A stretch of DNA of 64,000 bases from Eledone cirrhosa (Eukaryota). This document shows positions 14,594-27,519 of the stretch, in pieces. The DNA lies in the NCBI GenBank assembly GCA_964016885.1, contig OZ024741.1, forward strand, positions 19,344,001 through 19,408,000, in the 5' to 3' direction. A model generated the notes under the pieces. It made no database searches. It worked only from the letters and a program-made list of their open reading frames with translations, and was not told the DNA's origin. The stretch's first letter is position 1. Each line of letters begins with the position of its first letter. Made by a program: the position numbers and the translations under genes.

Positions 14594-15360
14594 CAGTTGA
14601 AAAGGTAACACACCGGAGAGAGATATACAGTGCGCTATTAATAAAACAGGGAAAAAAACCCACCAGTGTATGGAATCTATAACCTATGAAAGGCAGACTA
14701 TAGACACGATAATTAAAAATATAAATTAAAGCGTAAATAAATACCTCTATAACTATATAACACACGTACAAATCCAAAGAGATGTTTCGCCAGTAATTTG
14801 TTGACAGAAATGGAATAACCTCGGTTCATCAGCGTGTGTAAGGCTATACATTTCAGACAACACTAAGAAAATTTTAAAAGTGACTGTCCAGCTACACGTT
14901 GGAGAGAGAAGTCACAGCGTGTTTAAGGGCAGTGAACCAGTGGCCTCTGAGGGATGAACTGCTAGAAAGGGCAGCCCAAAACCACTCAGAGAAGTGTGCT
15001 CAACCAAACAGAGAGATAGGAAAGACTGTTATAAGGAGCAAAATATCACGATAAATTAACCGAGCCATAGGCCCTCGCCATTCCCTGTAAATAATGTGCT
15101 CAAAGGAGAAGAAATCCTGAACTCTTTAAAATACAATATGTTGAAAAGGTAACACACCGGAGAGAGATATACAGTGCGCTATCAATAAAACAGGGAAAAA
15201 ACCACCAGTGTATGGAATCTATAACCTATGAAAGGCAGACTATAGACACGATAATTAAAAATATAAATTAAAGCGTAAATAAATACCTCTATAACTATAT
15301 AACGCACGTACTAATCCAAAGAGATGGCGAGGGCCTATGGCTCCGTTAATTTATCGTGAG
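14589..15360 (-). mobile_element. Non-autonomous HHR-bearing element (544-bp partial tandem) in (TA)n
   Basis: Direct repeat 14596-14785 / 15140-15326. 15324-15359 is an inverted copy of 15046-15081. No ORF. (TA)n on both sides. Confidence 0.8.
14760..14839 (-). ncRNA. Type I hammerhead ribozyme
   Basis: acacacg CTGATGA acc...tggc GAAA ca tctctttggatt tg TA cgtgtgt; 7-bp stem I, GUA site. Confidence 0.8.
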
Positions 15361-15394
<34 letters not shown>

Positions 15395-15533
15395 ATATAT
15401 TTATATGTGTGTGTGTGTGTAGGTAAGTGTATACTTGGGTATGTGTGTATGTGTATGCTTGTGTGTATATATGTGTATGCACGTATGTATATACGTGTAT
15501 TCGTGTACATATGTACTTGAATATGTAGTATGT

Positions 15534-15851
15534 TCAGCTAACCTCAGTCTCCTCTGTGTCACTTTTGAGCTGACTTTTGGGATGCTCCCATACAGCTCTG
15601 AGTTTTTTATCCTCAGTGTATACTGATTAATGTTCAGAGCCATCCAGTTGACATTGCACTCAGTGCTCCTTTGGGAGCCCCTACATGGACACACTAGAAG
15701 GGGAAAACCAAGGTTAACGTATGTTGATGCACTCAGGACAGACACTGGTCTGTTGGAGATGCAGGACATGGCAGCGATAATGAGGGACAGAGACCGCTGG
15801 AGAGAACTCGTCCATGGATCTCGGGAATTTTACCCGCCTTAGAATAGAATA
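15534..15851 (+). mobile_element. RTE-like LINE 3' fragment with 5' inversion
   Basis: Plus strand: LHSVLLWEPLHGHTRRGKPRLTYVDALRTDTG..MRDRDRWRELV. Minus strand (15531-15645): MALNI..NSELYGSIPKVSSKVTQRRLRLAEH. (TAGAA)n tail and 15-bp TSD gaatatgtagtatgt (15519-15533, 15852-15866). Confidence 0.85.
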
Positions 15852-16410
15852 GAATATGTAGTATGTATGAACATATGTGTATTTAGGCGTATACGCTCAT
15901 ATGTGCGTGGGTATATATGTATATATTTGCGTGGTATACGTACGTGTGCGCGTGTTTATGCGTATGTGTATGTATATGTATGTATGGCGTGCCTATTCGC
16001 GTATGCACGTGCATGTGCGTATATATGTGTGTGTATGTATTTATGTTTATCTATATGTACTGGCCTCAATTTTAACTATTATTACTTACTTTTACGATTT
16101 TAATAACCTCTGTCATTTTCGTTCAACAAATTTATTTACCTTATTCTTAAACTCCGGAGCTGAGAATCATTCGGTTTCCTAAATAGAATATTAGTCTAAT
16201 GACTCCATTTATACCATAAACGTGGTTTTGTTTTTTTGTCTTAGCATGAAATTGTTCTCAACGGTCCACATAACGACGTATTATCCTCACTTTTTTTCCG
16301 TTCATTGCCAGGGAACGTCTTCACGAACGAAAGTATCATCTTCCTGATCTCCTTCGGTTGCAACGTTTTTCGAAATATTTACTTCTGCGTTAACAGATTG
16401 ATTTTCTTTT

Positions 16411-16461
16411 AGTTTCAGAAGATCCCGTTAAGCGTGAAAGCAGCGATTCTTTGCTTAAACT
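16411..16461 (+). ncRNA. Hammerhead-like fold with variant core CAGAAGA (also 13420-13470 -, 38721-38771 -, 40014-40064 +, 48166-48216 -, 48234-48284 +)
   Basis: Family consensus agttt CAGAAGA tccc gttaa gggt GAAA gca gcgattctt tgc TT aaact. All three stems pair. Confidence 0.6.
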
Positions 16462-16472
16462 TTAATCTGTTA

Positions 16473-16504
<32 letters not shown>

Positions 16505-16515
16505 GTAATAACAAT

Positions 16516-16700
16516 AATTGTTTCAACTTTAGGCACAAGGCCAGCAATTACCCAGCGCATTACTGGTACTTTATTTTATCGACCCCGTAAGGATGAAAGG
16601 CAAAGTCAACCTCGGCGGGATTTGAACTCAGATCCTAAAGGGACGTAACTATGCTGGAAAGCATGGCGTCCGACCCTCTACCGATACTGCCAATCCGCGC
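16516..16700 (-). mobile_element. SINE family 1 copy
   Basis: Same sequence as 5351-5537, in an (AAT)-rich tract. Confidence 0.85.
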
Positions 16701-16851
16701 CTATAATAACAATAATAACAATAATAAATAATAAATATATGTATGTATATATATTTGTATATATATGTATGTATATATATATGTATGTATATATTCAGGT
16801 GTATATATATTTAAGTATATATATATGTATATATATATGCCTATATATATT

Positions 16852-16919
<68 letters not shown>

Positions 16920-16958
16920 AATATCTCTATATATATATCTATATATATATCTATATCT

Positions 16959-17064
<106 letters not shown>

Positions 17065-17476
17065 CGGTAAGAAATGAAAAGAACGGGGAGTAACAACACA
17101 CAGAAAAAATATCTCTATAAAAGATCAACACCAAACAATAAAAACAACAAAAACAACAACAAAAACAAGAACAACAACAGTAACAACAATAATGATAGTA
17201 ATACCCACCACCAAACAATAACAAAAAATAAACGAAGAAACAAACAGCATCAACATCAACTTATAACTGTATTAATAGATGTGAAAGAATTATTCTTCCC
17301 ACCATGCTTAAGGAAGTGTAACTCTGGTTGGGCGAAACAAAATAAAAAATATGCAAAATATAAAGATATAATATCTAAAAGCTTTCTATCATCATCATCA
17401 TCATTATTATAATAATGATAATTATTTTTATTATCATTGTTAGTATTATCATTGGAATTATTAATGTAATTATCAT

Positions 17477-17544
<68 letters not shown>

Positions 17545-18457
17545 TCATTATAACTATTATTATCATTGTATGGAAAGCCTGTGTATTTGTAAATTAGGTG
17601 TAGTTTGTTGTTTGCGGGGGACATACATATACAGGACGAGGGCTCGTGATATCATCAGATAGTGATATTATTAAGGACCACGATATCATCAGGGATCATG
17701 ACATCATCATGGTAGCAAGTTAGAGAAATATAAATGTATATTGATTCGGTTTAATGTTACATGTGAGGGTTAGAACTGAGGAAAAAGGGCATTCATTTAG
17801 GTCAGTGGACCAACGATATTGAGGTCTAGTCTTATTATTCTGTTACATGTATATACCAGTAACCAGTAGAGAAATCATAATATACTTAGTGTCTATTACT
17901 AGTTAATAGGCAGCTTGAAATAAGACCTCCATTTCACATCTGGCCGGAGTCTATTGCCATCTGGTGGGTGATGCTGGGTGGTGGGTACGGTATATTTTAC
18001 AATTGGCCTGGGCCCTTTGCCGGGCCCATTACCAGATTGGTGTCATGGGATATACAAATCTGGTCTGGGCCTTAACCAACATTACAGTGGTCTCTAGCTG
18101 TTGTAGAAAACTGTTTCTTTGATATATGTAAAGACCGTAACTTCATACATTTGAAATAGTCATTAGTGTCGAATCCTATTTAAGAATGGAAACAGTGAAT
18201 GCAGAGTAAGAAAGGTCTAATTTCACCTGAGAATGTATCCTGTACTATTGCTTCTTGAACTTACACAGGACGTCATAGTTATATTAATTCTTGTTGCCTA
18301 TATATTGTAATTAGCCCGGGTATTATTTATTTATCGATACAAGAATCATACTTGAAACATGATTGCTACACCAATACATACATACATACATACATACATA
18401 CATACATACATACATACATACATACATACATACATACATACATACAGACAGACAGAC

Positions 18458-18512
<55 letters not shown>

Positions 18513-19267
18513 CGTACATATACGTTATATGCGATATATGCCGCCAATAAAAACATATACTGAAGCAAAACAGTGTGGCACCAGCAGACAGTCAAATCTG
18601 TAGAAAATAAAAGACAACGGAAGCAACAATGGTAAGAAGGAATAATGGACATGACATCAGAAACTACAAAAAAAAAAAAAAAAAAAAATTAAATGAAAGA
18701 AAAATGACACTCTTTGGAGCTGACAGGAAAAAACTACAAAATAACATCAATGATGGGAGAACACTGACGCCGAATATTTCACCAGACATAAAATGGAATC
18801 TATTTTGTTACTGGGTTTATATTATCTATAATTTCAATACTTTCGTCGCTTAAATTAATAACTATACAGCGTCACTTATGTTGATAACTACACTACGTAC
18901 CACAGACACGAACTTCTGATTATGGAGGTTGTGGTGGATTATTGGGCGTAGAATAAATACTTCTTTGGCTGACAAGCTTCAAGAAGTTATTGGGAATTGT
19001 GGAATTGTCACTTATGTATTATGTAAAACTATAATTAGTGAGGATCGATACACACACACAACACACACATATACACACACAGACAACACACACACATATT
19101 CACACACACACGCATATATATATATGTATATATATTTTTATATGTATCTATCTTTATATATATATATTCATATATATATATAAATATATGAATACATATA
19201 TATATAATAGTACCTTACTTACTGTTTTTACCCTCGATTGAACCCGGGATAAATTTATATATATATA

Positions 19268-19325
<58 letters not shown>

Positions 19326-19387
19326 CATACACACACACAGATAGACACACATAGACACACACACACACACACACACACATACGCGCG

Positions 19388-19419
<32 letters not shown>

Positions 19420-19446
19420 ATAAAGATATAGGGAAACAAGTATTAT

Positions 19447-19496
<50 letters not shown>

Positions 19497-19498
<2 letters not shown>

Positions 19499-19610
19499 TT
19501 AACAGACCAGTTACAACCCTTATATAGCTGTCGAAACGGCCGGAGCACCCCGACGGCTGAGCTCCGGCCGTTTCGACAGCTATATAAGGGTTGTAACTGG
19601 TCTGTTAAGT
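19497..19610. repeat. Perfect fold-back (50-bp arms) containing an HHR 3' half
   Basis: acttaacagaccagttacaacccttatatagctgtcgaaacggccggagc, a 14-nt spacer, then the exact reverse complement. Related to 50154-50271. Confidence 0.9.
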
Positions 19611-19929
19611 GACTTGATCTAAACCCGTGAGTTGAATCTAAAGCGTGGAAGAGTAATTCTAGTGATTCAAAAATACGCAAAAACTGTTAACTTCACTTTG
19701 TAATTTTCAATTATTTACTTTTGGCGTCAACATATTCGTCACATTGCTTGCAACCTGGTCAATCACTAAGCTCCACTACAACCTTGCAGTCACATGATTC
19801 CTCTCTGTCACTTATTTCCTAGAGCATATAATTTATTTACGTCTACAAAACAAATGGCAATGCAGGAATAAGTCAGACACTTAACACCAACACACAAACA
19901 CGTACGCACACACACACTAAAACACACAA

Positions 19930-20053
<124 letters not shown>

Positions 20054-20297
20054 GCACTAAAATCACACAAACACACGCACAATCACTCACACACATTATA
20101 TTAAACTAAGAGTTACAGCACAAGACTTTCCAATTGTAACTCCCGTCACAAATTCTCTGAAGGTTGTTTTAACACCATTTCAATCATTTAAAATGTATTT
20201 ATATGCCACAATCAACATAACAAGGATTTACTTCTCACCGGCATCTTGAAGGCATGATTTCAGATGTTCTGGAATTATTTGTTGTACACAGAAAATA

Positions 20298-20568
20298 ATT
20301 GTTTCTACTTTTGGCACAAGGCCAGCAATTACCCAGTGCATTACTGGTACTTTATTTTATCGGCTCCGTAAGGATGAAAGGCAAAGTTATCCTCGGCGGG
20401 ATTTGAACTCAGACCATAAAGCACTGTAACTCTTTGCTGCAAAGCATGGCGTCCGACCCTATACCGATACTGCCCTTCCACTGCTCTTCCACTGCCCTTC
20501 CACCGCCAATCCACCGCCAATCCACCGCCCTTCCATTGCCCTTGCATGGCCAATCCACCGCCCACCGT
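20298..20568 (-). mobile_element. SINE family 1 copy with tandemly stuttered 5' end
   Basis: SINE body 20298-20475, followed by repeated ccac(t/c)gcc(ctt/aat) units. Confidence 0.8.
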
Positions 20569-20986
20569 ACACAGGAAATAATGTTGACACTATAAAGAAT
20601 TTGGCACCGCTTCTCTTCCAAAGATTGAACCGCAATTCCACCGTATAAAGAACGGCCAGTTGTTCCTATCTGATCACCAGTGCTACGTACGGTGCATTGG
20701 TCTCATGTCTAGAATACAGAATAGTCTTAAACGCCACCAGAAGGAAAATAAAAAGAAGACAGTCATTACAAATACTCCGCCAGAATATTTGGATGATCAA
20801 ACCATTAATTAAGAATTTTCTTAGAGCAGACAATCGTTCCAACACAATGCGAAATATATGTTTATCCCGGGTTCAATCATGGGTCACCACAGTAAGTAAG
20901 GTACTCAATACATAGCAGAGTATGAATATTTAATATAGAAATGGCTTCTACAGTTCTGGTCCTGTAGAAGCCAATTCTATATTAAA

Positions 20987-21053
<67 letters not shown>

Positions 21054-21135
21054 TCTACCAATTTGTGTTGAATATTATTTATAACTGACAACGCTTATTC
21101 TCTTACTCTTGTAAGAAATACCAGGAATAATACAC

Positions 21136-21198
<63 letters not shown>

Positions 21199-21527
21199 AG
21201 TATGTATGTATACGTACATACATATATGTATACAGACGTACAGTAGCATGTATATATATATATATATACATGTAAGTATGTATGTATACGTACACACATA
21301 TATGTATACAGACGTACAGTAGCTTGTATATATATATATATATACATGCTACTGTACGTCTGTATACATATATGTATGTACGTATACATACATACTTACA
21401 TTTAAGTAAGTGCCGTACTAAGAGTGAGAAATGAAATTTCGTTTCATTCTATTCCATTTATATATATATATATATATAGCAAAAGAATGAAGAATAAGAT
21501 GGTCGGCTGTACAATAGGGTTTATTTA

Positions 21528-21622
21528 CAGTATTAACAATTGTTTCTTTAGTCCGGTGTGTCTAAAAGTCGCTGATCGTTAGAAGCTACATCACTCGACC
21601 CGACCAAATCGTCAGAATACTG
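21528..21622 (-). ncRNA. Type I hammerhead ribozyme
   Basis: cagtatt CTGACGA tttggtc...gactaaa GAAA caattg TT aatactg; 7-bp stems I and II, palindromic stem III. Confidence 0.8.
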
Positions 21623-22015
21623 ATATGTACATAACACAGTGCGCTAGTATTTATAGATACATGGGAGAATAATACAAATGAAAACGACAACAATGATAAT
21701 AATAATAAGATTAATGATAATAATAATAGTAGTAGCTGTAGTAGTAATAGTTGCAATAATGAGTGGCTAGAGGCGTAAAATAGTAATGACTACTGGATTA
21801 CCTTAAACGATACCTTCTTATCCTATATATATGCGAGAAAAACCACAAACCCTGAATTCTACTTTTGAAAAGCATAAAAACTGTGAAACCGGTAAAGGAA
21901 CCAAATAAATATTCTTAAAATGACTCCAGTTGCATTTTCGATTTCACCTTTTTCCTTATACTTTCACTCGTGTAGGACATCTCGTTTTTTTTTTCATTTT
22001 GGAAAGAACCCTAAT

Positions 22016-22087
<72 letters not shown>

Positions 22088-22114
22088 GATAAACCGCTTG
22101 TTATCCTAATCCTA

Positions 22115-22181
<67 letters not shown>

Positions 22182-22215
22182 GATAAACCGCTTGTTATCC
22201 TAATCATATATACAT

Positions 22216-22272
<57 letters not shown>

Positions 22273-22753
22273 AAACCGTCTAATACAAAACTAAAGTTTT
22301 TATAGTAATATCTTTGCCATAGTAGTAAGTTCAACTAGATAACATGCTCTATTTTAACAAACACTTCATTCTAATGCTTCATGTTATTTTATAAATATCT
22401 AGGTTTCCAAAAAACCTGATTTCCTTCGACAAACCTTTTGCAAATCCTACATTTTCTGCACTTATTTAGGTAACGATGGGGCTAATGGTTATGAGAGGGA
22501 ATTATTTTGAATAATATGTTTTCAAAGATATTTAGATGAACACTAAATATCTGTTTATATTTTTCGATCTTTTTTATATTCAGATCATATTTTAATGACA
22601 TACAAAGCATCGAAATGAATTGAAATGATATAGAGTAGTATGTGAGTGTATAGTAGAGAGATATCTAGTTGTTAAGGTGTGTGAATACAGCAGAAGGATG
22701 AGAATCCATAAGGAAACCAAAGATATGTGTCAAGTAAACAAAGGTGAAATAAT

Positions 22754-23000
22754 AATTGTTTCTACTTTTGGCACAAGGCCAGCAATTACCCATGGTTTCT
22801 TATATAGGCACGAGGCCAGCAATTTTTGGGGAGGGGAAAGTCGATTAAATCGACCCCAGTGGATTACTGGTACTTTATTTTATCGACCCCGTAAGGATGA
22901 AAGGTAAATTTAACCAGGGCGGGATTTGAACTCAGACCATAAAGGGGCGTAACTCTTTGCTGGAAAGCATGGCATCCGTCCCTCTACTGCCAATCCACCG
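22754..23000 (-). mobile_element. SINE family 1 copy (composite 3' end)
   Basis: SINE body with two successive ggcac(a/g)aggccagcaatt 3' modules. Confidence 0.8.
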
Positions 23001-23295
23001 TAATAACAATAATAATGATAATAATAATAATAATAATAATGGTATTAAGGAGAACAGTTCTAAAGCAAATTCGTACTACTAAGTGAATGATGCAGATAGC
23101 TATACACATCTACATATGTTAATGTATAATGAATACATACATAATGCATACATAATACATATATATATATATATATATATATACATATTGTTGCAGTGCC
23201 TTCCTAATTAATGCATTGAGCCAACAGATAAACGACTAGAGAACAAGATGCGAAACTACATACAAACATCAATGGAAACCTCACTATACACACAC

Positions 23296-23410
<115 letters not shown>

Positions 23411-23723
23411 AACTCATAATAATACCCTGTAATAATTAAAAATACTGAGCATATATATATAAACACAGTGTTTATATATAGGAATAAACTCTGTTTATTC
23501 CTATATATAAGTATTTTTACTTTGAGCTTAATTATTACAGGGTATTATTTGAATTTTGGCTCCTGGATTTGTCGAGCTAACAAGTTGAGTGAATTTAGGC
23601 TTTTATTTCTAGCCATTTTACAATCCACCCACGCCAATTGAAACGACGAACACACGAGGTATTTCATTCCCTCGTGTTTATTTAGTTTACCTACTCTCAT
23701 AGGTGTTTGTCACATATAATCTC

Positions 23724-23812
23724 ATCTCCCGCTGAAGACTGCCTCCGGATTATCTGTTACAAACAGAACTTTTCAGGGCGAAACAGATTAATCTTTAATC
23801 TGTCCGGGAGAT
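23724..23812 (+). ncRNA. Type I hammerhead ribozyme within an ORF-less insertion (about 23410-23945) in (TA)n
   Basis: atctcccg CTGAAGA ctgcc...gggc GAAA cagattaa tct ttaatctg TC cgggagat; 8-bp stem I, 9-bp stem III, canonical GUC at 23802-23804. Confidence 0.9.
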
Positions 23813-24038
23813 AATAGTTATTGAAACGGTCAGTACATTTTAATTTATCTTGTATTTTCCGTTTGATTCAGAGTTTATATTCGTCAAACAACGTGGTCTT
23901 ACTACCCTAGTAATTCTAAACACACAATTTACCGTGTTTATATATAATATAATATATAAATATATATATATAATGGTAGAACACTGGAAGGTAATACCCG
24001 TAGTGGTAGAGCACTCAGTCCATGGGACGAGTTAGGTA

Positions 24039-24251
<213 letters not shown>

Positions 24252-24677
24252 TGAAAACAACGACAACTGGAAACAAAAAAATTTGTTCATGAAGAACGAA
24301 AGGTTTTTAAAATATCCAATTTTATAATCAGAATATTTTCTGAGGTAGACACAAGGCCAGCAATTTTGAGAAAATGTAAAAAAATTGAATCGCCACCAGT
24401 ACATGACTGGTACTTAATGTTATTGGCCTCGGTGGGATTTAAGCTCAAACATATCGGACAGGAGCAAATATTGCTAAGCTTTTGTCCAATGTTCTAACGA
24501 CTCGGCCAACCCAACATCATCGATACCCATAATTAATGATAATAATAATTTCTATGAATTCAGAAACGATAATAATGATAATGATGATAAAACTGATAAT
24601 GCTGACTGCGCTACTGACGATGAAAATAATAGTTTATATTGATAATAACAATAGAACAAGCAATAATCATAATAATA

Positions 24678-25061
24678 ATTGTTTCTACTTTAGGCACAAG
24701 GCCAGCAATTACCCAGTGCATTACTGGTACTTTATTTTATCGACCCCGTAAGGATGAAAGGCAAAGTTGACCTCGGCAAGATTTGAACTCAGATCGTAAA
24801 GGGCCGTAACTCTATTCTGAAAAGCATGGAGTCCGACCCTCTACCGATACTGCTAATCTATCGCCCTAATGATAATTGTTTCTACTTTTGGCACAAGGCC
24901 AGCAATTATCCCAGTGTATTACTGGTACTTTATTTTATCGACCCCCGTAAGGATGAAAGCCAAAGTTGACCTCAGCGGGATTTGAACTCAGACCGTAAAG
25001 GGCCGTAACCGTTTGCTGCAAAGCATGGCGTCCCACCCTCTACCGATACTGCCAATCCACC
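24678..25061 (-). mobile_element. Two tandem SINE family 1 copies (plus a diverged copy at about 24340-24510)
   Basis: Bodies at 24678-24866 and 24874-25061. Confidence 0.85.
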
Positions 25062-25349
25062 TTGCTCTGAATCCCTGGGTAAGTCCCCAACCCACAAAAT
25101 TAAAAATGTATAATAAAATTACCCCCCCCCCTCCTAAAAAAACAACAAAAGAAACAACAACAACAACCACAACACAAAGAATATGAGGATTTTTTTTAAA
25201 GAAACGACTAAAATTTCTAGGAATTAGAATCAAAATAAAAGTCATGCCTGAAGAAAACAGGAAGCACTGGCAGAAAAGTCGGTTTGGAAGCAAATGTAAA
25301 TAATATGTTGATAATAATAATAATAATAATAGTAGTAGTAGTAGTGGTC

Positions 25350-25388
<39 letters not shown>

Positions 25389-25613
25389 GTAATAATAATA
25401 GTAATAATAATAGTAATATGATAGTAATGATAACAATTATGGTAAAAAATGATGCCTTACCAACTTTCTTGTCGGTAGTACCTGTTGGGAGGTAAACAGT
25501 TTATTATTAACATGCATACGGGTGGTGAGCCACCACACGTACAAATATATATATATATGTATATATGTATATATGTATATATGTATATATATGTATATAT
25601 ATATGTATATATG

Positions 25614-25682
<69 letters not shown>

Positions 25683-25696
25683 TATATATATATACA

Positions 25697-25727
<31 letters not shown>

Positions 25728-25728
25728 C

Positions 25729-25800
<72 letters not shown>

Positions 25801-26344
25801 ATGCATATATATATATTTATATGTGTATTTATATGTATATATATATATATACACACACATATACATATACATACACATACATATGTACATATATACATAT
25901 ATATACTCATGCATATATATGGTGTTTATAAAACCTTGTGCACTTTAAACATAAATAACTTTGAATTTATACATGATAGAAACACACAGAGACCACTGCT
26001 GAGAGACACTTTATTTATACTAATTTTATGCAAAGCAATTGACTTTTCTAACATTCGACGACGTGAGTACACTGTTTAGTTATAGATCTTCTACATCATT
26101 TCCCAGTTGCTAATCATATATAGCAATCTATAATTAATTAGCAAGGTTTTTATGTAGCATCGTGCTTGAAAATATAGAAAGAAAGTCTTTATATGCAGCT
26201 TACTGTGTTTTCTCATCAGTTGCACAGCTAAAAGTTATTGACACATAAAATTTCACAAGTCTTTTATAAACAGCTTAATATATATGTATATATATATATA
26301 TATGGCGGTACCAGGGGGTCTGCCACCACACGTACGAATATTTA

Positions 26345-26443
<99 letters not shown>

Positions 26444-26448
26444 GTATG

Positions 26449-26500
<52 letters not shown>

Positions 26501-26596
26501 TACATATTTATATATATATATACATATATATACATATAAACACATATATATATATTTATATACACACATATATATATATATACATACATATATATA

Positions 26597-26700
<104 letters not shown>

Positions 26701-27166
26701 TGTATATATATTTACATATGTAATGGGCCACCAGATGGTAGCCATTAGCCCCAAAATTATAACCTCCGGTTACCGGAAGGTGGCGACATCTACATAAAAT
26801 GGAAAATAAAATATGGTGCCTTATAACTGGCTACTACTACTATTACTATCAATGAAAAATAACAGCTACACCATAAAGTCAAAACACACGCGTGGCCACT
26901 CTCCCACATATACGCATACACATATAAAGAGAAAAAATAGTATATTTTCGTAACCAATACCAAAAGATGTGTGTTATGTGTTAATAGCATTCTCCCGAAT
27001 ACCCAACAATTTGGTAAACAAGTGGCATGGTAAGTACTACAAGATGATAATATGCGCTGAAAGGTCACACCTAAAAATATCTTACAAGACTTGGAAAATA
27101 TACGAGATATAATAGGATGAGTTTGAAAAACAGACGTGTATTATATCTTGATAGCATGTACCAGAT

Positions 27167-27234
<68 letters not shown>

Positions 27235-27322
27235 AACAGAACTAGTCCTGTAAAAAGCATCGCATACCTTACTTTATTTGTGATTACTTTCCGTTTGTTA
27301 ACGGAACGTCATTCAGTTACAT

Positions 27323-27373
<51 letters not shown>

Positions 27374-27415
27374 ATATGGAGAGAGACAGAGAGCGTGAGT
27401 TTTATATATATACAT

Positions 27416-27468
<53 letters not shown>

Positions 27469-27519
27469 AGATAGAGAGAGATAAGCAGGTAGATAGATAG
27501 ACAGATATATAGATAGATA

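Larger units (their letters stand above)
13306..16480 (+). mobile_element. Internally deleted PLE with inverted 5' tail copy and two nested insertions
   Basis: 13306-13747 is an inverted, diverged copy of 16097-16480. The PLE coding remnant starts immediately at 13748. The 3' UTR is interrupted at 14589-15360 and 15534-15851. Confidence 0.7.

Noticed and set aside
25245-25290. CTGAAGA...GAAA motif
   Set aside because: No convincing stem I or III pairing.
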